From Ranitomeya imitator (Eukaryota), in assembly GCF_032444005.1 (NCBI RefSeq), contig NC_091288.1, positions 219,418,001-219,482,000 on the forward strand: a stretch of DNA of 64,000 bases, given 5' to 3'. The position numbers and the translations under genes are program-made. A model generated the notes under the pieces. That model was given only the letters and a program-made list of their open reading frames with translations, had not been told where the DNA came from and made no database searches. Within the stretch, counting starts at the first letter, position 1. Each line of letters opens with the position of its first letter. Shown here piece after piece: positions 34,396 through 44,514 of this stretch.

Positions 34396-34559
34396 TTCCC
34401 CAATAACCGGCCCAGCAGTGAGGACGGCCGCGTCCATCACTCGTCAATTGATTGTCCTGATAATTCGTGACCTCCACAGACACAGTGGGCATGAACTCTG
34501 GGGGGATTCAGTGAGGCCTCGGTGCTTCAGTACGTTCATGGATTTATTACTCCTTGGTG

Positions 34560-34880
34560 ATGCAGTGGATTATTTCCCTTCTCTGGTGATCAAGAGGATT
34601 TGTTTCCTTTCCCGGTGAACCAGTAGATTAGCTTCCTTTCTTAGTGATCGCGTGGATATATTTCCTCGTCCCTTGTGACCAAGTGTATTCACTTCTTTCT
34701 CCGAAGATTCAGTGGATTTATTTCCATGTGATCTAGTGGATTTGTTTTCTTTCTTGCTGGAGTAGTTTCCATCCCTAGTGAATCAGTAGATTTGTTTTCC
34801 ATCCTTGTGATCCAGTGAATTAGTTCCCTTCCTGGTGATTCAGCGGATGCTTTATTTTTCTCTGCTGTGGATCCAGCGCA
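34560..34880. repeat. Old, degenerate ~30-bp tandem repeat (GTGATCCAGTGGATTTATTTCC..)
   Basis: Recurring (A/G)GTGGATT..TTTCC..GTGA motifs; low identity between copies. Confidence 0.5.
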
Positions 34881-35014
34881 GATCTGTAGGGATTCTCTTT
34901 CCTTTCGATGGTGATCTTGCAGTTTACTGTGCTGACACTAGAGGTCGCACTGGTCTCTCTCTCTGTAACTTGCTGACAGCATGGAGATGACAGCTGAAGC
35001 TGCTGCTGATTTAA

Positions 35015-36572
35015 AGGGGCTGTCCACCCCTGAGTGTGCTGAGAGCTGTGATAGGAGAGGGCTGTGGACGCTGCTGATGAGGTTACTGCGCGGCCAATGG
35101 CTGCTCGTACAGTATAGGATCATAGGCCGGGCTTTGTGCACGTCGCCGTGCGTCATGGCTCTTACCAGTAATGACAGCTCTCGCCACATCTCATAGTACA
35201 GAGGTGTGAACAGAGCGCAGCACGTCTGCTGACAGGGGCCACTGACAACCACAGGGGCCACATACACCCACAGGGACCACAGACAACCACAGGGGCCACA
35301 TGCAACCACAGACACCCACAGGGGCCACATACACCCACAGGGGCCACACACAACCACAGGGGCCACACACAACCACAGGGGCCACACACAACCACAGGGG
35401 CCACACACAACCACAGGGGCCACATACACCCACAGGGGCCACATACACCCACAGGGGCCACACACAACCACAGGGGCCACATACACCCACAGAGGCCACA
35501 GACACCACAGGGGCCACATACACCCACAGGGGCCACATACACCCACAGGGGCCACAGACACCCACAGGGGCCACAGACACCCACAGGGGCCACAGACACC
35601 CACAGGGGCCACAGACACCCACAGGGGCCACAGACACCCACAGGGGTCACATACACCCACAGGGGCCACACGCAACCACAGGGGCCACACGCACCCACAG
35701 GGGCCACACGCAACCACAGGGGCCACACGCAACCACAGGGGCCACACGCAACCACAGGGGCCACACGCAACCACAGGGGCCACACGCAACCACAGGGGCC
35801 ACACGCAACCACAGGGGCCACACGCAACCACAGGGGCCACACGCAACCACAGGGGCCACACGCAACCACAGGGGCCACACGCAACCACAGGGGCCACATA
35901 CACCCACAGGGGTCACATACAACTACAGGGGCCACATACACCCACAGGGGCCACAGACAACCACAGGGGCCACAGACAACCACAGGGGCCACACACAACC
36001 ACAGGGGCCACATACACCCACAGGGGCCACAGACACCCACAGGGGCCACAGACACCCACAGGGGCCACACGCAACCACAGGGGCCACACGCAACCACAGG
36101 GGCCACACGCAACCACAGGGGCCACACGCAACCACAGGGGCCACACGCAACCACAGGGGCCACACGCAACCACAGGGGCCACACGCAACCACAGGGGCCA
36201 CACACACCCACAGGGGTCACACACACCCACAGGGGCCACATACACCCACAGGGGCCACATACACCCACAGGGGCCACAGACAACCACAGGGGCCACAGAC
36301 AACCACAGGGGCCACACACACCCACAGGGGCCACATGCAACCACAGGGGCCACATGCAACCACAGGGGTCACACAATTACAGGGGCCACATACACCCACA
36401 GGGGCCACACAGTTACAGGGGCTGTCAGACTAGAGATCCGTTCACATTATCGTTCTCTGGATTCTGTTCCTTTCTGTATCAGTTTCTGGGAAAGCTGAGT
36501 GATAACATGGCCGCTGATGGACGCCTCGTCAGTGTTCCAGCGAGGAGTCAGAGTTGTCGCATAATAACCCCT
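35015..36572. mobile_element. Possible T2/Kolobok-type MITE enclosing a minisatellite
   Basis: TTAA|AGGGGCTGT at 35011-35023 and ATAACCCCT|TTAA at 36564-36576. TTAA flanks both ends, but the inverted match is short (AGGGGyTrT). Confidence 0.4.
35232..36420. repeat. Minisatellite, 19-bp unit CACAGGGGCCACA(C/T/G)(G/A)CA(A/C)C
   Basis: Period of 19 (GGGCCACACG at 35701 and 35720). Confidence 0.97.
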
Positions 36573-36779
36573 TTAATAATATGAAGCTGGGCGCAGAGTG
36601 TCGCCCTCATTAATTCATTTCCCGTGAGTTATGGTGTTGGCGGGGGGCCGCGGTTGGCGGGGGGCCGCGGCACATTCAGCGCTGTCACGTCCAACGCTTC
36701 ATCAGCACATTCCCGTTAGATGCATCAGATCGATGGCGCTGACTCACGGGGACGAGTCCGCACAACCTCATGGGGCATA

Positions 36780-38880
36780 CAGTGGGGGAAATAAGTATGT
36801 GACCCCTCGCTGGTTTTGTACGGTTGCCCACTGACAAAGACATGAACAGTCTATAATATTAAGGGAAGGTTAATTTTAACATTGAGAGACAGAATATCAA
36901 AAATAAAATCCAGGCAATCACATTGTATAAATTATATAAATGTATTTGCATTTTGCAGTGAGAAATAAGTATTTGATCCCCTACCAACCATTAAGAGTTC
37001 TGGCTCCTACAGACCAGTCAGACTCGTTAGCTGCAGTAAATACAGCTTCTCACATAGTCACCTTTATACAAGACACCATTAATCAGTCACACTCTAACCT
37101 CTACAACATGGGCAACACCAAAGAGCTTTCTAAGGCTATGTGCATATGTTGGAGAAATGCTGCGGAAATGTCCGCGCAGCATTTCCACAACTCCCTGCCA
37201 CGGAATTCGCATAAATCATTATATTCTCACCTTCTGACGGCCCCCGATCTCCTCAGCGGCGCTCTCGGTACGTTCCGTTCCCAGGATGTTTTGCACGAAG
37301 GACCTTTGTGACATCACAGGACCGCGACGTCATGTCGGGTGATTTGCGCAATGCATCCCTGGGAACGGAAGCCACCACGTGCACCGCTGAGATCCGGGAG
37401 GACTCCGGGGGCCATTGGAAGGTAAGAATATCCAGATTTTATATTTTTATTCCTCTTTTTTACATGAATATAGATCCCAGGGCCTGAAGGTGAGTCTCCT
37501 CTGCTGCAGACCCCGGTACCATCCGCACATGAAGCGCTCACTTTACACATGGGGGGCATAGCCACATACGTACAGCGAGCGTTTCAATGCAATCCTATGG
37601 CGGCGGAATCACCGCGATTCCACAGAAATCATGAACATGATGCGGATTTTACCGCTATGCGATTCCGCAGCGGGAAAATCTGCAGCATGGGTACAGCAAC
37701 TGCGGAATCCCATAGGATTGCATGAGAATGCGTTTTGTAAGTGTTTTTTTAAGCGTTTCCTCGGCGGAAACGCATAAAAAATGCAACGTGGGCACACAGC
37801 CTTACAATGTCAGGGACAAGATCCTAGACCTGCACAAAGCTGGAATGGGCTACAGAACCATAAGTAAGACGCTGGGGGAGAAGGAGACAACTGTCGGTGC
37901 AATAGTAAGAAAATGGAAGAAATACAAAATGACTGTGAATCGACATCGATCTGGGGCACCGTGCAAAATCTCACCTCGTGGGGTATCCTTAATCACGAGG
38001 AGGGTGAGAGATCAGCCTAAAACTACACGGGGGGGACTTGTTAATGATCTCAAGGCAGCTGGGACCACAGTCTCCAAGAAAACCACTGGTAACACATTAC
38101 ACTGTAAAGGTTTAATATCCCGCAGTGCCCGCAAGGTCCACCTGCTGAAGAAGCCACATGTGCGGCCCGTCTGAAGTTTACCAGTGAACACCTGGATGAT
38201 TCTGTGAGTGACTGGGAGAAGGTGCTGTGGTCAGATGAGACAAACATTGAGGTCTTTGGCATTAACTCAACTCGCCGTGTTTGGAGGAAGAGAAATGCTG
38301 CATATGACCCAAAGAACACCATCCCCACTGTCAAGCATGGAGGGGGAAACATGTTTTGGGGGTGTTTCTCTGCTAAGGGCACAGGACTACTTCACCGCAT
38401 CAATGTGAGAATGGATGAAGCCATGCACCGAAAAATCCTGAGTGACAACCTCCTTCCCTCCGCCAGGACATTAAAAATGGGTCGTGGCAGGGTCTTCCAG
38501 CAAGACAATGACCCAAAACATACAGCCAAGACAACAAAGGAGCGGCTCATAAAGGAGCACATTAAGGTCACACCAGGTGTACTAATCAAAGTCTGCAGAC
38601 CTGAATCCCATAGAAAACTTATGGAGGGAGATGAAGCTCCGAGTTGTAAAGCGACAGAATCATAATCTTTATGATTTAGAGATGATCTGCAAAGAGGAGT
38701 GGATCAAGATTCCTCCTGACATGTGCGCAAACCTCATCATCAACTACAAGAGAGTCTGACTGCTGAGCCTGCCAACAAGGATTTTACCACCAAGTATTAA
38801 GTCTTGTTTACCAGAGGGATCAAATACTTATTTCTCACTGCAAAATGCAAATAAATGTATATAATTTATACAATGTGATT
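36780..38880 (+). mobile_element. Tc1-like IR/DR transposon, near full length, disabled; right TIR truncated
   Basis: TA|CAGTGGGGGAAATAAGTAT at 36778, with the inner direct repeat GAAATAAGTATTTGATCCC at about 36962. 38813-38880 is the inverted copy of about 36916-36982. ATG at 37108; ORF pieces YRTISKTLG...KWKKYK and [13 protein letters not shown]...FQQDNDPKH. Confidence 0.92.
37133..37802. mobile_element. MITE nested in the 5' end of the Tc1 transposase gene
   Basis: TA|AGGCTATGTGCATATGT ... ACGTGGGCACACAGCCT|TA. It interrupts MGNTKELS from [10 protein letters not shown]. Confidence 0.78.
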
Positions 38881-38889
38881 AGCATATGT

Positions 38890-40185
38890 GGGTACCATGG
38901 GGGTCTCCTCTGTGTGCTGGGTACTATGGGGTCTCCTCTGTGTGTTGGGTACTATGGGGGTCTCCTCTGTGTGCTGGGTACTATGGGGTCTCCTCTGTGT
39001 ACTGGGTACTATGGGGTCTCCTCTGTGTGCTGGGTACTATGAGGGTCTCCTCTGTGTGCTGGGTACTATGGGGGTCTCCTCTGTGTGCTGGGTACTATGA
39101 GGGTCTCCTCTGTGTGCTGGGTACTATGAGGGTCTCCTCTGTGTGTTGGGTACTATGGGGTCTCCTCTGTGTGCTGGGTACTATGGGGGTCTCCTCTGTG
39201 TGTTGGGTACTATGGGGGTCTCCTCTGTGTGTTGGGTACTATGGGGGTCTCCTCTGTGTGCTGGGTACTATGAGGGTCTCCTCTGTGTGTTGGGTACTAT
39301 GAGGGTCTCCTCTGTGTGTTGGGTACTATGGGGGTCTCCTCTGTGTGTTGGGTACTATGAGGGTCTCCTCTGTGTGTTGGGTACTATGGGGGTCTCCTCT
39401 GTGTGCTGGGTACTATGGGGGTCTCCTCTGTGTGTTGGGTACTATGAGGGTCTCCTCTGTGTGTTGGGTACTATGGGGGTCTCCTCTGTGTGCTGGGTAC
39501 TATGAGGGTCTCCTGTGTGTTGGGTACTATGAGGGTCTCCTCTGTGTGTTGGGTACTATGGGGTCTCCTCTGTGTGTTGGGTACTATGGGGGTCTCCTCT
39601 GTGTGTTGGGTACTATGGGGGTCTCCTCTGTGTGCTGGGCACTATGGGGTCTCCTCTGTGTGCTGGGTACTATGGGGGTCTCCTCTGTGTGCTGGGTACT
39701 ATGGGGGTCTCCTCTGTGTGCTAGGTACTATGGGGGTCTCCTCTGTGTGTTGGGTACTATGGGGGTCTCCTCTGTGTGCTGGGCACTATGGGGTCTCCTC
39801 TGTGTGCTGGGTACTATGGGGGTCTCCTCTGTGTGCTGGGTACTATGGGGGTCTCCTCTGTGTGCTGGGTACTATGAGGGTCTCCTGTGTGTTGGGTACT
39901 ATGAGGGTCTCCTCTGTGTGTTGGGTACTATGGGGTCTCCTCTGTGTGTTGGGTACTATGGGGGTCTCCTCTGTGTGTTGGGTACTATGGGGGTCTCCTC
40001 TGTGTGCTGGGCACTATGGGGTCTCCTCTGTGTGCTGGGTACTATGGGGGTCTCCTCTGTGTGCTGGGTACTATGGGGGTCTCCTCTGTGTGCTAGGTAC
40101 TATGGGGGTCTCCTCTGTGTGTTGGGTACTATGGGGGTCTCCTCTGTGTGCTGGGCACAATGGGGGTCTCCCGTGGGTGCTGGGT
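38890..40185. repeat. Minisatellite, 29-bp unit GGGTACTATG(G/A)GGGTCTCCTCTGTGTG(C/T)T
   Basis: Period of 29 read at 39061 and 39090. Confidence 0.97.
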
Positions 40186-40334
40186 ATGTGACAGAACTAT
40201 CTCCTGTCTATAGCCAGTGATCTCTGTTTCTGGTGATCTCTATGTAGTGATCTATTCTCTGAATGTGGTGATCTCTGTAGTGATCTCTGTATCTGGTGAT
40301 TTCTTTATGTGTTGATCTTTCTTTACAGGTGTTT

Positions 40335-40509
40335 ATTCTTAATTATTCTAATTTACTGAGATAATGACTTTTGGGTTTTCATTGGCTGTAAGCCATAATC
40401 ATCAACATTAACAGAAATAAACACGTGAAGTAGATCACTCTGTGTGTAATGACTCTATAGAATATACGAGATTCCCTTGTTGATATTTTAATCTAGTGAG
40501 AAGCTCCTG
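40335..40509 (+). mobile_element. Probable right-end fragment of another Tc1-like element
   Basis: An AT-rich TIR-like segment (GGCTGTAAGCCATAATCATCAACATTAACAGAAATAAAC...) ends GAAGCTCCTG followed by TA. Assigned by resemblance only. Confidence 0.4.
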
Positions 40510-40675
40510 TATCTTGTAATCCCTTATATATAGTGACTAGTTGGCCCGTGTGAAATTTCCACACATTGGTTGTCGGGGCGCAGCCAATTTCAGGAAAATG
40601 AAGCTGGTCAAATGTTAATGTATTTAATGAGATGGTGAACACAGAGAGGTATTTACATATGCAGATTTGTAATAC

Positions 40676-40676
<1 letters not shown>

Positions 40677-40726
<50 letters not shown>

Positions 40727-40742
40727 TGTGTATGTGTGTGTG
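40677..40742. repeat. (TG)n microsatellite
   Basis: About 33 TG dinucleotides with two TA interruptions. Confidence 0.97.
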
Positions 40743-41204
40743 TCCGGGATTGGCATCTGCACCGTCGCAGCTACAGCCACAAAATTTTGCACAGTCACAC
40801 GTCTGGACCCCGAGAGCGTCATAGGCTATGTTGTGAGGTGAAATTTTAACCCCGCGCTTTCCAATTCACCAAACAATTTTGCCCCTATCTACATAATGGG
40901 AAAAAATGAAAGGAAAAGTGTAGGAGGCAAATTGACAGCTGCCAGATGTGAACAAGGGGGACTTACAGAGTGAGAGCGATGGCGCCAAAGAGTATATACC
41001 GTACAGTTGCTAAGATGGGGCCCCGACATGGGATACTCACCACACACTGGGATATGAACACACACAAAATGCGCCACACACTACCACGTGCTTGAACACA
41101 TATACCACCCTCAGCACACATTTCACCACAAATACACCAACCTCGCCACATAAAAGTCGAAACAAAAAAGTCACCGCTCAAAACTCGCCACGCGCAAAAC
41201 TCAC

Positions 41205-42310
41205 AGGTATATACTATATACAGGGGAGATGACACACATATATACTATATACAGGAGGAGATGACACACAGGTATATACTATATACAGGAGGAGATGACA
41301 CACTGGTATATACTATATACAGGGGAGATGACACACACATATATACTATATACAGGAGGAGATGACACACACATATATACTATATACAGGAGGAGATGAC
41401 ACATGTATATACTATATACAGGGGAGATGACACACTGGTATATACTATATACAGGGGAGATGACACAGGTATATACTATATACAGGAGGAGATGACACAC
41501 ACATATATACTATATACAGGGGAGATGACACACTGGTATATACTACATACTACATACAGGGGAGATGACATACAGGTACATACTATATACAAGGGAGATG
41601 ACACACAGGTATATACTATATACAAGGGAGATGACACACAGGTATATACTATATACAGGAGGAGATGACACACAGGTATATACTACATACTACATACAGG
41701 GGAGATGACATACAGGTACATACTATATACAAGGGAGATGACACACACATATATACTATATACAGGGGAGATGACACACTGGTATATACTACATACTACA
41801 TACAGGGGAGATGACATACAGGTACATACTATATACAAGGGAGATGACACACAGGTATATACTATATACAAGGGAGATGACACACAGGTATATACTATAT
41901 ACAGGAGGAGATGACACACGTATATACTATATACAGGAGGAGATGACATACAGGTATATACTATATAAAAGAGGAGATGACACATAGGCATATAGAGGAG
42001 GAGATGACATACAGCAGGTATATACTATATACAGGGGAGATGACATACAGGTATATACTATATACAGGAGATGACATACAGGTATATACTATATATAGGA
42101 GGAGATGACATACAGGTATATAGTATATACAGAAGAGATGACATACATGTATATACTATATACAGGAGGAGATGACACATAGGTATATACAGGAGGAGAT
42201 AACATACAGCAGGTATATACTATTTACAGGGGAGATGACATACAGGTATATACTATATACAGGAGATGACATACAGGTGTATACTATATATAAGGGAGAT
42301 GACAAACATG
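41205..42310. repeat. Minisatellite, ~34-bp unit TATATACTATATACAGG(A/-)GGAGATGACACACAGG, inside the Helitron
   Basis: Tandem copies seen directly. Confidence 0.95.
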
Positions 42311-42583
42311 TAGATACTGAGGGGAAAATGAGAGGTGTGAGTGCAAAATGAGAGGAGTGAGGGAAAATAGTGGAGTGATCGGAAAATGACAGATGTGAGG
42401 TCGAAATGACAATTGTTAGGGGGGAATGAGAGGAGGGGGAAAATGAGAGGTGTGATGGGAAAATAAGAGAAGTGAGGTGCTATAACTAACCACAGATATT
42501 TACTATGCCCAGGCAACGCCGGGCTCTTCAGCTAGTAAAGTATATAAAGTTTGATAAATAGAGGCTAAAAAATGTCTTGAGGT

Positions 42584-43134
42584 TGTGGTGCCACCTGCAC
42601 GTTGTTTTTTTTCCTGCTGGTTTCTGAAAATGTTTAAACTGTATTTACTGATCAAATTGTGAATGTGTGGTTTGTTTGTGTCTTTTCTTGCTGAAGGGGG
42701 CAAGTTTACCTTTTAAATAGTGTATTATTTGTGTGTGTGTGTGTGGGGCGAAGTAATCACCGAAAAAGTAGTGCATGTTTACAAATGTGTTTGCATATGT
42801 GACTCACCTGCAGTGAAGTGTGCAATCCTCCAATTTTCCTGAAATCGTCTGGGCAAGGAGATCGGCAAGCTGGAAAGACCCCAAGGCAAATGTTAGGATT
42901 TGTTTCAGCTTTGTGGTATTGTGCTTTGGGGTAGTGTGGTGCCACCTGCAGGTCATTTTTCCTTTCTTCAGGCTTATGAAAATGAATGTTTAAACTGTAT
43001 TTTGTGATCACATCGTGGATGTGTGGTTTGTTTGGCTATTTTCTTGTTGAAGGGGGCAAGTTTACCTTTCAAATGGTGAATCATTTGTGTGTGTGGGCAG
43101 TATGAACGGAGATACAGAGTAATCACCGAAAAAG
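42584..43134. repeat. Diverged direct duplication of about 185-200 bp (42584-42768 and 42935-43134)
   Basis: Shared blocks TGTGGTGCCACCTGCA, ATGTTTAAACTGTATTT, GGGGCAAGTTTACCTTT and GTAATCACCGAAAAAG; offset about 351. Confidence 0.75.
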
Positions 43135-44235
43135 AGTGTTCAGAATTAACATAGAAGGCTCTTTGTTCCCATTAGCCTCATATGTGATCTAGTGATCACA
43201 TTTCTAGTAGTTTTCATAGTGATCTCTCATAAGGATGATCCCGCTGACTGTGCATTAACCCCTTACATACTTTCATATCGTCCTCTAGATATCCTGCTGT
43301 CCCCCCTCCTTCTATGATGTGCATTGCCTCTGTACACATTACTGACTGTACCTCATTATACCCGCTATGTTCTTTAGGTCCTTGACATGAAAGATCTTCT
43401 GATTCCCGCTATTGCTCTAGTAGATTTCTGCCTCCCTGCAGCGGCAGCAGGTGATAGTGACGTGGTCTCCGCCGGCCCTCCTGCTCATTGTCCCTCCCGC
43501 TATTTGATCCCATTACTTCACTGTTATCCTGCGGTTAACCATTTCCTTACTATAGGTCCCAGTTTGAAAACATCACTGCTATTAACCTCTTCCTTGCTGG
43601 AAGATATTAACTTCCTGTACAGTTATCGTTCCTTTGTGTTTCCGCACACCTGGCTCTGCTTTATCTGTGCGACCTTCTGAACTTGCCGGCCCTCTCTGCA
43701 TATATTGCTGTTATGATCCATAAGACCCCCTGAGCTGCTTCATTGCCTTCGCACCGCGCTGCTCTTCCAGACCTATGGCCTAGAGAATCCACCTCACCCG
43801 GTGAGCCCATCACAGATTTATAGTGATCTTGATATGCATTCATCTCGTAACCAGTGATGTCCATATCTAGTGATCTCATATCTTAAGATCTCTATATCCA
43901 GTGATCCATTGATCTCCATATTCAATGATCTACTATCTAGCCGTCTGTGTAACTACTGATCTCACATCCAACAAGCAATCTCCAGGTCTTGTGATCTCAC
44001 ATCTAGTGATCACCACATTAATCTGACATGTAGGGATCTCATTTCCACTGGTCTCTGAGCATGTAATCTACTGTGCAGTGTTCTCTATGTATTGATCCAT
44101 GTATCCAGTGATCTTACGTCTCGTGGCCTCTATACATTGTCATCTCTGTTCTTCTCATTTCTCGTGATCTCTATATCCAGTTAGAGCCATGTCTAGGAAT
44201 CTCTATACAAAGTGATTTCTGTATTTAGTGATCTT

Positions 44236-44506
44236 TAGTGATGAGCGAGTGTACTCGTTGCTCGGGGGTCCTCCGAGTATTTGTTAGTGTTTGGAGATTT
44301 AGTTGTCATCACCGCAGATGAATGATTTACAGCTATTAGCCAGCTTGATTACATGTGGGGATTCCCTAGCAACCAGGCAACCCCCACATGTACTTATGCT
44401 GGCTAACAGATGTAAATCATTCAGCTGAGGAGATGAAAACCAAATCTCCGAGCACTAAAAAATACTCGGAGGACCCCCGAGCAACGAGTACACTCACTCA
44501 TCACTA
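44236..44506. mobile_element. hAT-family MITE, 271 bp, almost fully palindromic
   Basis: TAGTGATGAGCGAGTGTACTCGTTGCTCGGGGGTCCTCCGAGTATT ... AATACTCGGAGGACCCCCGAGCAACGAGTACACTCACTCATCACTA. Flanks GTGATCTT (44228-44235) and GAGATCTT (44507-44514) are a 7/8 match to an 8-bp TSD. Confidence 0.88.
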
Positions 44507-44514
44507 GAGATCTT

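Larger units (their letters stand above)
40670..42535 (+). mobile_element. Probable non-autonomous Helitron (5' end approximate)
   Basis: 3' end GCCCAGGCAACGCCGGGC hairpin (42507-42524), a 7-nt spacer, CTAG (42532-42535), then T: the canonical Helitron terminus. It has a microsatellite near the presumed 5' end and no TIR or TSD. I could not place the 5' TC. Confidence 0.65.
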
